Positions 36,801 to 51,800 of a DNA stretch of 64,000 nucleotides are shown here, piece after piece. A program made the translations under genes and the position numbers. The DNA lies in NCBI GenBank assembly GCA_044236265.1, contig JBIIGV010000233.1, positions 5,889 to 69,888 on the forward strand. The letters run 5' to 3'. This DNA is from Oligoflexales bacterium (GTDB taxonomy: Bacteria > Bdellovibrionota_B > Oligoflexia > Oligoflexales > RGVZ01). Below the pieces are notes generated by a model. The model did no database searches and was not told the origin of the DNA. It was given only the letters and a program-made list of their open reading frames with translations. How positions within the stretch are numbered: the stretch's first letter is position 1; every line of letters starts with the position of its first letter.

Positions 36801-39800
36801 ACCAACCCGTCGGAGTGTACCCAATTAGTTGTTTACTCTCACGACAACACATCGCCTGCGGTCTCGTCTTTTGCTCGCAATGCAACACAGCCAGCAATGA
36901 CCAACTCGTTGCCGATCAACTTTACGATCACATTCTCTGAACCAATCAATCCGTCGTCGTTCGTCTCAACTGATTTATCCAATGGCGGAACCGCGACAGG
37001 TGTTACCTGGTTTATTAATAATACCGGAGACAATCAGTCATTTACGGTTTCCGTCACAAACTCAGGAAACGGTACCATTATTCCGCGGCTTGCGAGCGGG
37101 TCAATTGCAGATATCGCCGGCAATACGAATTCAGGTATCACGTCTGCGTCGAATAGCGTCAACTATTCAGTTGCGCCATATACAGTGTCCGTTAATCAAG
37201 CGCCAACCCAGATTGATCCTGTCAATACACTTCCGGTTAACTTTAGAGTTGTTTTCTCGAGTGCAGTTGGAAATAACACATTCACGCCTGCAGACATTGT
37301 CCAAAACGGTACGGCAACAGGTATAACTTGGAGTCTTTCGACCACAGACAATATCACCTGGACGGTAGCTGCGACTGCGATTTCGGGCGGATCCGGCACT
37401 GTCATTCCGTCGATCGCTGAAAATACTGTTACTGATGAGTTTGGAAATATCAACGGTGCATCCACATCGACTGACAACACTGTTATCTACGATGTGACGC
37501 CACCAGTGGTCACTTATTCGTCCTTGGCTCCAGCCAATCCATCGTCTGAGTTGAGGCCGTCTTTCCTTGGAAGTGTGTCCGAGATATCGACGGTAACACT
37601 TTACTATGATGGATCTTGTGCAAACGCTCGCTCAGCAACGGTTCCAAATACTCAATTTGCATCGCCTGGCATCACAGTTAACTCGAATGTTACGGCGAAT
37701 AACTCGACAATAATTTATGCGAAGGCCGTTGATACAGCGAACAATGAGTCAGCCTGTACAAGTCTTGTGTCCTATTTACACGATAGTATTGGCCCGTCTG
37801 TGGTTAGTGTCAGTGCAAACATTGCTGATGGTAGCTATAAGGCAGGAATGGTCCTTCCGATCACAGTGACGTTCACTGAAAATGTGTATGTGAATGGAAC
37901 TCTGCAGATCACTCTTGAAACGGGAACCTTCGATGCGGTCGTAAACAATTCATCTGGTAGTGGCACAGATACATTAGTGTTCAACTATGTTGTTGCTCCG
38001 GGCGAGGTGACGCCTGACCTTGAATATAGCGGGTCGGCGGCGTTAGCTCTTATTTCAGGGACTATTAAAGACGCTGTTGGTAACAATGCAGTATTGACGT
38101 TGCCGGCAACGGGAGCATCCGGAAGTCTTGGCCTCAACAAGTCTATTATCATTGATACAACGGCGCCGACGCTAACGTATACAAACATTTTCCCAGCTTC
38201 ACCTGGCAACACCCAAACACCGCAAGTCTCTTTGGATTTGACTGAGCCAGTAACCGTCCTTCGACTATACAGTGATGCAAGCTGTACTGCTGCGATATCG
38301 CCTGCGTCGACAGGGACTATTGGTCCAAATACGGTCACCACAAATACCTTGACTGCGAATGCATCGACTACCATCTATGGTCAGGGAACAGATGCTGCTG
38401 GCAACGTCTCGCTTTGTACGCTTCTGACCTCTTACCAGCACGACGGTATTTCACCAACGGTAACCTCGGTTAGTTCGAGTTCAGCCAATGGTTCTTACGG
38501 TGTTGGGCAAACTGTCGCAGTGACAGTGGTGTTCTCCGAGCCAGTGCTTGTTTCCGGAACGCCACAAATTACGCTTGAGACCGGATCTAGTGATGCTGTG
38601 GTTAATATGACCACTGGCACCGGAACCAACACGCTGACCTTTAACTATACTGTTCGCGCTGGTGACACGACTGGCGACCTTGATTATCTGTCAAATGCTG
38701 CACTGGCATTGAATGGTGGAATCATTAAGGATCCCGCAGAGAATCTCGCGGTATTAGCGCTTCCAAACACAGGAGGCGCTACCAGTATTGCGGGTCAAAA
38801 GAATATCGTGATCGATACCACCGCCCCAGTCATAACTTATCAATCCGTATCCCCGTCGTCGCCAGCCATGAGCCAGACACCCACGTTGACAGTGACCATG
38901 TCTGAGACGGCCACTGTGACTTTGTACAGTAACGGTTCATGTTCATCAGCTGTTTCGACTCCGACGGTTTTAAATGGCGGCGTGGGCCGAACGATTTCTA
39001 CCAACGCCCTCCCAGCTAATACCACGACGACGCTTTACGCGAAGGCTGTCGACCCAGTTAATAACGTGTCTAGCTGTTCGGTGATGGTGGTTTACACACA
39101 CGATATCACGAGCCCAACAGTCAGTTCATTTACGAGATCGGCTGGGCAGCTTGCCTCTACAAACTCCGTGCCGGTCAATTTCACTTTGACGTTCTCAGAG
39201 CCAATTAATCCAAATAGCTTCACTGCAGCTGATATCAGTAATTTCGGTACGTCCACGGGCGTCCTCTGGACGGTCACCAATACAGGGGACAATACGTCAT
39301 TTATTGTAGCTGCCACTGTCGCCAGCAATGGAACGTTGCAGCCTCGACTGGCAAGCGGTGGAGTTACGGATGTGGCCGGCAACTCAAACTTTGGTAACGT
39401 GAACTCCAGCAATACGGTTAATTATTTTGTTGCTGCCTACACTGTAATGGTCAACCAAAATGATGGACAAGCTGAGAGTACAAATGCGCTGCCAATCAAT
39501 TTCACCGTCGTATTCTCCGGTGCTGTCGGCAATAACACCTTTGATACATCGGACATTGTGCAAAATGGTACGGCATCTGGTATCACATGGTCGCTATCAA
39601 GTAGCGATGGAATCACTTGGAATCTTTCTGCGACTTCGATTCTTGGAGACGGAACAGTTATTCCGTCAGTTGCAGCCAACACTGTTGTGGACGAATTTGG
39701 AAACAACAACGGCGCTTCAACGTCATCCGATAACTCGGTGAATTACGATGTCACCCTTCCAATCGTTGCGTTCTCGTCGGTCAGCCCATCTAATCCGGCT

Positions 39801-42800
39801 GCAACTCTGAAGCCTACGATTCGCGGTACTGTGACAGAGTCCTCGACAGTGGCTCTTTACTATGATTCAGGATGTTCGACTGCAAAATCTTCGGCAATGT
39901 CCAATACGGTATTTGCAAGTCCTGGTATTACGGTGACTGGTAACGTCAATGCAAATACCACGACAGCGATTTATGCTAAAGCCGTAGACGCCGTTGGCAA
40001 CGTCTCAAGTTGTACTTATCTTACGACCTATAATCACGACGGCATTGGCCCAGTAGTCACGGGTGTCAATGCGACCATGAGTGATGCAAACTACAAGGCT
40101 GGTCAGACGATTCCGATTACGGTGACTTTCAATGAGTTGGTTTTTGTTACGGGTACGCCTCAGATAACTCTCGAAACCGGTTCAGCTGACGCGATCGTAA
40201 ACTATACGTCTGGTTCGGGTACGAATACCTTAACGTTCAACTATATCGTCTTTGCTGGTGATACATCTGCTGACCTGGATTACATCAGTACCACGGCGTT
40301 GACCTTTAACGCTGGTACTATCAAGGACGGTGTAGGCAACAGTGCGACTCTGACATTAGCTGCGCCTGGAAGTTCGGGAAGCTTGGGTGCTAATCGGGCT
40401 ATCATTATTGATACAACTGCGCCCGTGATCACTTATAACAGTATTGCGCCGACATCACCAGGAATCAGTCTAGCTCCACAACTGACGTTGACGTTGTCTG
40501 AGGCTGTAACAGCGTTCCGCTTCTACTCAGACCCAGTCTGTAGCTCTCCGATATCTTCGTCCGCTTCAATGGGTTCAGGTTCTAATACCCGCGCTACGGA
40601 CACTCTTGCTGCAAACGTGGTAACGACCATCTATGGGCAAAGTGTCGACCAAGCTGGCAACACATCGCTGTGTACCATGCTGACCAGCTATCGCCACGAC
40701 GATGTCGGTCCGACTGTTTCAAGTGTCACATCAACAGCCAATAATGCGACTTATGGTGTTGGTGCGGTGATCCCTGTAACGGTCACATTTACGGAACCAG
40801 TTTTTGTCACCGGAACGCCGCAGATAACGTTGGAAACTGGCGTAACTGATGCAGTTGTGAATTATTCATCAGGATCCGGTACATCGACCTTACGATTTAA
40901 CTATACTGTTGCATTGGGACAGAATACGGGTGACCTGGAGTATGTGGGTACATCGTCCCTGTCTCTCAACAGTGGCTCAATTCTCGATACGGCCGGAAAC
41001 GCCGTCGATCTGGCTCTTCCAGCCCTCGGCAGTGCTGGAAGCATTGCAGGTCAGAAAAATATTGTGGTCGATACGACCGCGCCAACATTGACGTATGAGA
41101 GCATTGCGCCGGTTTCGCCTGGTATGAGCCAGATGCCGATTGTGACGGTGGCTCTCTCAGAGCCAGCAAACGTGACTTTATATAGTGATCACACATGTTC
41201 GGCAGCTATTTCTGGTTCGACATCGCTCAGTTCTGGATCCGGTCAGGCAATTACAACTTTTACATTGACAAGCAACACGACGACCGACATCTACGGTAAA
41301 GCCGTCGACCCTGTGTCGAACGCATCATCATGTCTGAACTTAGTGGTCTATACGCACGATAACGTCGCGCCATCGGTGGCGTCATTTGTTAGAGCTGCTG
41401 GCCAGCCATCGTTCACCAACTCAATTCCTATCAATTTCACGATGACGTTGAATGAGCCAGTCGACGTATCAACAATTACTGCGAGTGATATCAGTAATAC
41501 CGGTACAGCCACAGGAATCACCTGGTCAGTTACATCTGTGTCGAATACTGTCTTCACGGTTTCGGCGACGTCCAGTGGAACAGGGACTTTAATTCCAAGA
41601 CTTGCAAACGGAAGCTTCCAGGACGTCGCAGGAAATGTGAGCATCAGTCAGTTCACGGCCAGTGAATCCGTTAATTACACGGCTTCGCCGTTCACAGTGA
41701 CGATCAATCAGGCATCCAGCCAGGGTGATCCATCTGCTACGGATCCGGTTAACTTTACGGTGGTCTTCTCTCGTGCGGTTGGTTCAGGAAGCTTTACGGC
41801 TGCTGATATCGTTCAGAACGGATCTCTGGGTTCCATCACTTGGACGTTAACCACGTCAGATGATATCACTTGGAATCTTGCTGCGAGCGGTATGGCAGCT
41901 ACTGGGACTTTGATACCATCTATTGCCTCCGGAACGGTTGTTGACCTATATGGCAATAGCAACGCGGCTTCAACCTCGACTGATAATACGGTTAATTTTG
42001 ACATCACGCCGCCAACACTGGCGTTTGCATCGTTGAGCCCATCAAATCCAGCGGCGACCCTAAGGCCAACCATCAGGGGTACGGCGTCTAAGGCTTCAAC
42101 AGTGACGCTTTACTATGATGTCTCTTGTTCGACAGCTAAGTCTGCTGGCGCATCTAATACGTCGTTTGCAACGCCGGGTATTACGCCAACCGCCAACGTG
42201 AATAGCAACACGACGACAATAATTTACGCAAAAGCTGTGGACAGCCTTGGCAATGCTTCGTCCTGTACAAGCCTTGTGACTTATTCACATGACGGCGTTT
42301 CACCAACAGTGACCGGTGTGAGTTCAACGCTTGCTAACGGTCCCTATAAGGCTGGCCAGTTAATACCGATTACGATTTCGTTTACCGAGGTGGTCACTGT
42401 AACCGGTACACCATCTCTTACGCTTGAGACAGGTGCCGCTGACTCTGTCGTGAATTACTCCTCCGGATCTGGAACCAATACATTGACCTTCAATTATACG
42501 GTCTTCAACGGTGATACCGCCGCAGACCTGGACTACGTTAGTTCGGCGGCTCTGGCCCTTAATAATGGTTCTATCAAGGATCCTGTTGGTAATGATGCAA
42601 CCCTAACGCTTCCAGCGCCGGGGGCTCTAAACAGCCTTGGATCGAATAAAAATCTTGTGATCGATACAACCGCGCCAGCGTTGACCTACACGTCGATTCT
42701 GCCCGTACCTCCTAGCTCCAGCAGTACGCCACAAGTCAGCTTGTCTAGCAATGAGGCAGCAACCAATCTACAGCTTTATTCCAATTCTTCATGCTCGACC

Positions 42801-45800
42801 GCAATTTCGTCTCCCGCTTCTGGAACCGTCGGCGGAAACGTTATTTCCTCAACCGGTGTCAATCTCAATGCTCCTACAACGGTCTACGCCCAAGCAACAG
42901 ATTCTGCTGGTAACATCTCGACCTGTACCCTCATGACCACTTACGTCCATGATGATGTGCCGCCAACTATTACGTCGGTTAGTTCGAGCTCAGGAAACGG
43001 CACTTACAGAGTCGGCCAGTCTTTGGCAATTACGGCCACGTTCTCGGATCCCGTCACCGTTTCTGGCGTACCGCAGTTAGCGATGGAAACTGGTGCTGTT
43101 GATACGGTCGCAAATTATTCGTCTGGGTCAGGATCAAGCACTCTCACATTTACGTATACGATCGCACTAAACGATACGTCATCAGATCTGGATTATGCGG
43201 GAACAAGTGCTCTGGCGTTAAATGGTGGCTCGATTATCGATGCTGCTGGCAACAATGCAGCATTAACGCTGCCTGCGCCCGCTGGTACCGGAAGTTTGGG
43301 GGCACAGAAGGCTTTGGTGATCCAGACGGCGCCTCCAGTATTGTCTTACACATCGATTGCCCCAACCTCTCCTGGAACCAGCCGTCAGCCTGTAGTCACA
43401 TTAAGTGTTAACGAAGCTGCAACGGTTACGTTATACAGTGATTCTGGCTGCGGGACAGCGATTTCGACGGGTACAGCGATTTCCACGGGAGCAGGTCAGA
43501 CAATCACTGCTTACACACTTCCATCAAATACAGGCACCTCGATATACGGCAAAGCGGTAGCGGCTTACGGTAACACGTCAGCTTGTACTAACTTGGTTGT
43601 CTATACGCACGATAATATCGCCCCAACCGTGACGTCTTTTGTGAAGGCAGCCGGCCAGAACTCATTCACAAACTCGATTCCTCTGAACTTCACATTGACC
43701 TTTAGTGAACCTATCAATGCGTCTAGCTTCACGGTTAATGATTTGATGAATATTGGCACCGCTACCGGCGTGTCATGGGAGATTGTGCCCGTTAGCTCTA
43801 CAGTCTACACGGTGTCCGTAACATCGGCTGGTAACGGCAGTGTCACGCCGCAGTTGGTTTCTGGCACTGTGACCGATCCAGCCGGCAACGCGACCGCAAA
43901 CAACTATGATTCCGCCGACACGGTAAACTATACGGCCGCTGCATTCACGGTTTCGGTGAACCAAGCTTCTGGTCAGGCTGATCCAGTCAATGTCCTGCCG
44001 GTTTCGTATACGGTGGTATTCTCAGGTGCTGTTGGTTCGTCCAGTTTTGATGTGTCGGATGTGACCCAGGCTGGTACAGCGTCAGGTGTGACTTGGGGCC
44101 TTAGCACCGCAGACAACATCACATGGACGTTGACGGCAACAGCTGCTTCGTCATCTGGAACGATCATTCCTTCCATAGCAGCAGACCGGGTTGTAGATGC
44201 TTTCGGTAACAATAATTCTGCTGCAACATCCACGGATAAGACCGTGACCTATGACATCACGAGTCCTACAGTCACATTTGCTTCATTAAGTCCTGCTAAT
44301 CCATCGTCTAGCTTGACACCAACCATTCGTGGAACTGTGTCTGAGGCGTCTACTGTGACGCTATATTATGATGTGAATTGCTCGACTGGTAAATCGGCAG
44401 CGACCGCAAGCACGGCTTTCGCAAGTCCTGGTATCGTCGTGAACGCGAACGTGAATAGCAACACATCAACGGCGATTTATGCAAAAGCTGTCGATAATGT
44501 TGGAAACGAATCTTCCTGTACGTCGCTTGTTAGCTACACCCATGACGGCGTATCGCCAACGATTACCAATGTGACCTCTGGTCTAGCTGATGGAACCTAT
44601 AAAGCGGGTCAGGTCGTCCCTGTGTCCCTCACATTCTCTGAAGCTGTCACGGTAACCGGCACTCCAAAAATTAGTCTTGAGACAGGAGCCACTGACGCGG
44701 TGGTTGCGTACAGCTCCGGTTCAGGAACCAACACGCTAACATTCAATTACACGGTCTTCTCCGGTGATGTGTCTGCAGATCTTGATTACATCAGCACCAC
44801 AGCGTTGGCTCTTGATGGTGGAACGATCAGAGATCATGTGGGTAACAATGCGGTTGTGACTTTGCCGGCACCCGGAACCTCCGGAAGTTTAGCGGCGAAT
44901 AAGGCACTTGTAGTTGATACGGCTCCGCCGAGTGTTACGTTCACAAGTATCTCGCCAGTGTCTCCAGGAAGCTCGCGTACGCCTCAGTTGGTAGTCAATA
45001 CATCCGAGGCGATGTCTGACATCCAGATTTACACGGATGCAAGTTGTACGACCTCGGTCTCGAGCTCTCAGTCGGCAGGCGTAGGATCTAAGTCCATCAC
45101 AACGTCACCCTTGCCTGCAAACGCGCAGTCCTCTCTTTATGCTTATGGATTGGATATAGCCGGAAACCCTTCTGCTTGTACGCTCATGACCAGTTATCTC
45201 CACGATGACCTTGGCGCTACGATTGCATTTGTCACATCGACAAGTTCAAACGGTACCTATGGTGTCGGCAATCAAATTGTGATTACGGTTCGCTTCTCGG
45301 AAGCAGTTTATGTGACCGGAGTTCCGCAATTAACACTTGAGACTGGTGCTTCTGATGCCGTGGTGAACTATGCCTCTGGTTCTGGCACAAACACCCTTTC
45401 ATTCAACTATAATGTCTTGTCTGGCCAATCATCGGTTGATCTTGATTATCAATCGACGACGTCGCTCAGTCTGAATAGCGGTACGATCAAGGACGTCTCA
45501 GGTAACAATGCGACTCTAACACTTCCAACTCCTGGTGACTCCAATAGCTTGGCTGGTCAAAAGGATATTGTGATTGATAATACGGCTCCAACGATCACTT
45601 ACACATCCATCTCGCCGCCATCGCCTGGCATAAGTCAGACTCCAACAGTGACGATGGACTTGTCAGAGAGCGCAACGGTTACTCTGTATAGCGATAACAC
45701 TTGCACGGCCGCCATCTCTAACGCGACGCTCTTAAGCGGTGGGGCTGGCCAGACGGTCACAACGATTTCTTTAACTCCAAATGCTACAACCACGATCTAC

Positions 45801-48800
45801 GCGAAGGGTCTCGACGCCGTTAGCAACGCGTCAACCTGTACAAACTTGGTGTCCTATGTCCACGATAATACGCCGCCACTTGCGAGCACGTTCGCGCGGG
45901 CCTCTGGTCAACCAGCACTCACTAATTCGCTGCCAATTAACTTCACAGTTGCCTTCAATGAGCCAATCGCAGCCTCCTCATTCACCTCGGCTGATATCAG
46001 TAACGGCGGAACTGCGACGGGAACGACTTGGACGGTGACCGCTGTCAGCTCGAACACTTACACAATTGCTGCAACGACGGCTAATAACGGAACCCTGATT
46101 CCACGTATTGCTCTCGGTGGTGTAACAGATATCGCGGGCAACGCGACGACATCCATGAATAATAGCTCTGAGACGGTGAACTATTCGACGGCCGCACTTT
46201 CTGTGGTTATCAATCAGGCAGCTGGGCAAGCTGACCCAGTTGCGTCTGGGCCAATTACCTTTACGGTTCAGTTCTCTAACCCGGTAAATCCTGGGACCTT
46301 CACTGCGGCAGATATTGTTCAAAATGGTACGGCGACTGGAATCAGCTGGGCATTAACGACAACTGATGACACCACATGGAACCTGACAGCTTCCGGTATG
46401 GCGGGTTCTGGAACCGTTATTCCAAGTATTGCGGATACGACCGTTGTTGACGTCTTCGGCAATAACAATGCGGCTTCAACCTCAACCGATAATACTGTCA
46501 CTTACGACATTACGGCTCCGTCCTTGACGTTCTCGTCTCTGTCTCCTTCAAATCCCGGTTCTACCTTGACTCCAAGTGTGCGGGGTACGGCGTCTAAAGC
46601 GTCCACAGTTACGTTGTACTTCGATAGTCTTTGTTCAACCTCTAAGTCAGCTGCGACGGCGAGCACAGCATTTTCCTCGCCTGGTATCACACTGACCGGT
46701 CTTGTGAATTCAAATACGACCACGACAATTTATGCAATGGCAGTTGACGCCTTGGGTAATGCCTCTGGTTGTACACAGATGGTTGTTTACACCCACGACG
46801 GAGCGCCGCCAACCGTGACATCGATCAGCTCGACTTTAGCTGATGGTTACTATATGGCAGGTCAATTGATCCCAATTACAGTGACGTTCTCAGAAAATGT
46901 TACTGTGACCGGTACTCCTAATTTGGCGCTAGAGACCGGCTCGACGGACGCCACGATCAACTATACGTCGGGAAGTGGTTCAAATGTTCTGACATTCAAC
47001 TACACAGTAGCTGCAGGTGATACATCCTCGGACCTTGATTTTGTTGGATCCTCTTCGCTCGTTCTTAATGGTGGAACGATTCGCGATGTCATTGGTAACA
47101 ATGCAATCCTGACGCTTCCGGCACCTGGAACCGCAGGAAGTCTTGCTGCCAACAAAGCACTTGTAGTTGATACAGCAGCACCTTCGCTGACCTACACGTC
47201 CATCAATCCAGTTTCACCGAATTCAAGTCAAACACCACAGGTAACGCTTGTGCTCTCCGAAGCTGCTCAGAACGTTCAGCTTTATTCAAATCCTGTCTGT
47301 AACAATGCGATATCGTCCTCCAGTGTAGGTTCAGTCGGGACCAATGTGATCACGACGACCACTCTCCTCAGTAATGCGACGACATCGATCTTTGCCAAAA
47401 TGACGGACTTAGCTGGAAATGATTCATTCTGCGTATCGATGACGAACTATGCGAACGACATGACGGCACCAGGTGTTTCGTCCGTCACTTCGACCTCAAC
47501 CAACGGCACCTACGTTGTGGGTCAAACGATTCCGGTTTCGATTACCTTCTCAGAGAACGTTTATGTAACCGGCACACCGCAGCTCACCATGGAGACGGGA
47601 GCCACTGATACTGTTGCAGACTATGCTTCTGGATCTGGAACGAATACGCTCGTCTTTAATTATGTCATCGCTTTAAATGACGCGTCTCTTGATCTTGATT
47701 ATCATTCGGCCGGTGCCTTGGGTGCCAATGGCGGAACGATTAAAGATCTTGCTGGTAACAACGCTGTTCTTACGTTGGCATCCCCGGGGGCTGCTAGTAG
47801 CTTGGGCGCCAACAAAGCGATTGTGATTCAAACGACTCTGCCGACCATTAGCAGTGCTTCAATTAGTCCTGCGTCTCCAGGTAGCACTCGTACGCCAACG
47901 GTTTCGATGACTCTATCAGACGCATCGACGGTCACTCTGTATAGCAACTCTGACTGTTCAACAGCGATCTCGGCAGCAAAATCTCTGGTCGCTGGTTCAG
48001 GTCAAACAGTGACGACTTACACGCTAGCGTCCAATGTTGCGACACAGATTTATGGAAAGGCTGTAGCTGCCTTTGGTAACACGTCGGTCTGTACATCTTT
48101 AATTAGTTACACACACGATGATGTGGCGCCATTCGTGAGCAGCTTTGTGCGCGCTAGCGGTCAAAATGCATTCACAAATTCCACTCCAGTGAACTTCACT
48201 CTCACCCTGAGCGAATCGATCAACGTAAGCACGCTGACCGCGGTAGATATTTCCAATGCCGGTACTGCGACGAATGTGGTTTGGTCTGTAGCATCAGTTA
48301 GCAGCTCAGTCTTTACAATCTCCGCTAACTCGTCTGACAACGGAACAATTATTCCTCGCCTGGCCGCCAATGCTGTGGCAGATCCAGCTGGAAACACGAA
48401 TGTTGCTCAGGCAAGCGCAACTGATACAGTGTCATACACGGCAGCAACCTACACCGTGACCCTCAACCAGGCCACGGGACAATCTGATCCGATCAATGCA
48501 CTGCCAGTAAACTTCACAGTTGTATTCTCAAGTGCCGTTGGTTCTTCGAGTTTTGATGTCTCTGATATCACTCAGACAGGTACAGCTAGTGGAATTACTT
48601 GGACTCTTGCGAGCGCTGACCAGATTACGTGGACGCTTTCTGTAACAGCTGTAACGACTCCGGGTTCTATCGTTCCAATGATAGCGTCGAACCGAGTGGT
48701 AGACGAGTTTGGTAACCAGAATGGACAGTCTGCCTCTACCGATAATTCCGTTGTCTATGACACGGCCGCACCTGTGGTCACGTTCTCGTCGGTTACACCA

Positions 48801-51800
48801 GCTAATCCGTCTTCAAGTTTGAATCCTCGCTTCTTTGGCTCTGTATCAGAAGCCTCAGTGGTAACCCTTTACTATGACGTAAGCTGTACGACGGCCAAGT
48901 CCTCGGCGACAGCGAATACGGTATTTGCGAGCCCAGGCATTCTTGTAACCGGTGCGGTGAATGCGAACACGACGACCACAGTGTTTGCAAAGGCGGTCGA
49001 TACTGCAGGAAACGCATCGGTTTGTACCAATATCGTAACGTATACTCATGACGGAATTGGGCCGACTGTCACTGATGTGACCACAGGCCTGGCGAACGGT
49101 AGTTATAAAGCTGGTCAGGCTGTGCCGATCAGTGTCACCTTCTCCGAGGTGGTGACTGTAACCGGTACACCAAATCTAACCCTTGAAACTGGTGCAACAG
49201 ATGCTGTTCTTGCTTACAGCAGTGGATCTGGCTCGAATACAATCACATTCAACTACACAGTATTCGCTGGTGATACATCTGCTGACCTGGACTACGTCGC
49301 AACAACCTCGCTTGTGGCCAATGGCGGAACGATCAAAGACGCGGTAGGTAATGACGCGACTTTGACCTTACCGGCTCCGGGTGCAGCAGGTAGCCTCGGT
49401 GGAAATAAAGGGGTCATTATCGATACGACAGCGCCGTCCGTATCGTATACATCCATCTCACCAGTATCCCCTGGAGCGACCCGCACACCTCAGGTCACGA
49501 TTAGTCTTTCTGAGGCGGCATCTTCTGTTGAATTGTTCTCAGATGCAGGCTGCTCTGCCTCAGTTTCGGCTGCAGCAGCTGCGGCGGCGGGAAGCAATAC
49601 AATTACGACAACGAACTTGACTGCAAACGGTAGCACATCGCTTTTCGCGAAGATGACTGACATTGCGGGTAATGCTTCAAGCTGTTCGTTAATGACCAGT
49701 TATACCCACGACGGTAATGATCCGACGGTTACGGTTGTCAGCTCGACTAAGGCTGATGGAACTTACGGAACAGGAACCTTGATCCCAATCACCGTGACAT
49801 TCTCAGAGAATGTTTATGTGACAGGCACTCCACGTATCACCCTTGAGACGGGTGCTACGGACGCTCTTGTTGACTACACCTCAGGATCTGGCACAACCAC
49901 CTTGACCTTCAACTACACTGTGGGAGCGGGCGAGGCGAGTGCTGACCTTGACTACGAATCGACCGGAGCGCTAGTCCTCAATAGCGGTACGATCAAAGAT
50001 CTCTCTGGCAACAACGCGAACTTGGCACTTCCTGCTCTAGCAAGTGCAAGTAGCCTTGCCGGTCAGAAGGCGATTGTCCTCGACCAAACAGCACCAACGA
50101 TTACCTTTACGTCGATTAACCCAGTCAGCCCCGGCATGAGCCAGACTCCGACCTTGACCCTAAGCTTGTCTGAGGCAGCAACGGTCACTCTATATACAGA
50201 TAGCGGCTGTTCGGCTGCGGTATCGTCAGCGACCTCGCTGGCTTCTGGTGCAGGTCAGACAATCGCGACAAATAGCCTCAATGCTAACGTTTCGACCTCT
50301 CTGTGGGCGAAGGGTGTAGACCTTGTTGGTAACGTGGGAAGCTGCTCTAGCATGGTCACCTATATCCATGACAGTGCAGCACCGACGGTCAGCACATTTG
50401 CCCGCGCTGGTGGCTCGCCAACGAATTCGTTGCCAGTCAACTTCACACTGACCTTCAATGAACCAATCAATCCTGCCAGCCTGACCTCGGCTGACTTTAC
50501 AAATGCTGGTACGGCAACAGGAGTCGCTTGGTCTGTAACCAACTCTGGCGATAGCACAACCTTTACGGTAGCAGCGACGGTATCGGGTAACGGTACACTG
50601 CAGCCTCGCCTTGCTAGTGGTGGCATGACTGATGTGGCAGGCAATGCCAATGCTTCTGCAGTAACCGCCAGCAACAGTGTTTCCTACTCTGTGGCAGCGT
50701 TCTCGGTGGCAATCAACCAGGCAGCTGGCCAGTCTGATCCAGTGAGAACCTTGCCGATTACATTTACGGCGGTCTTCTCTGATGCGGTGAACCCAACAAC
50801 GTTTGATGCCAGTGATATCGTCCAAAACGGTACGGCGGGTGGTATCACCTGGAACTTGAGCTCGACGGATAATATCACGTGGACAATCACAGCGTCTGGT
50901 CTTGGTGCTTCTGGCAGTGTGATTCCATCGATTGCATCGAGTACGGTCAAAGATACATTTGGTAATGACAATGCGGCTTCGGCTTCAACTGATAACACGG
51001 TGTCCTATGACATCACTGTGCCGACCTTCTCGTCGATTACAGTCAGTCCAGCAAATCCTGCAGCGACTTTAACCCCAACCGTTCTTGGTGTCGTGTCCAA
51101 GGCCTCGACTGTGACTCTATACTACGACTCAAGCTGTACGACGGCTAAGGCGACCCCAGCCGCTAACACCGTGTTTGCAACGCCAGGCATCACAGTCACC
51201 GGTAACGTTAATCCAAATACGACGACCGTAATCTACGGTCAGGCTGTCGACGCTTTGGGTAACACATCACTGTGTACAAACCTTGTAACTTACACCCACG
51301 ACGGAGCCGCACCAACAGTCAGTGGCGTCAGTGCTAACTTGGCTAATGGTCCATATAAGGCTGGTCAGGTGGTTCCAGTTGAAGTGACCTTCAGTGAAAA
51401 TGTCACAGTGACCGGCGTACCACAGATCACTCTTGAAACGGGAGCAACCGATGCGGTGGTCACTTATACAAGTGGCTCAGGTACAAATAAACTGACCTTC
51501 AACTACACAGTCTTTGCTGGTGACACGTCAGCCGACCTTGATTACGTAGCGACGACGTCCCTAGCTCTTAACGGCGGCACGATTAAAGATAGCGTGGGTA
51601 ACAACGCGACCTTGACCCTGCCAGCTCCGGGCGCAAGCGGTAGCCTTGGCGCGAGCAAAGATCTTGTGATCGACACGACATCTCCGACTTTGGCTTACAC
51701 ATCGATCACTCCAGTATCTCCTGGTACGACCCGTACGCCTCAGGTGGCCTTGACCATCTCTGAGGGCGTCACCAATATCCAGCTTTATTCGAATGCTCTT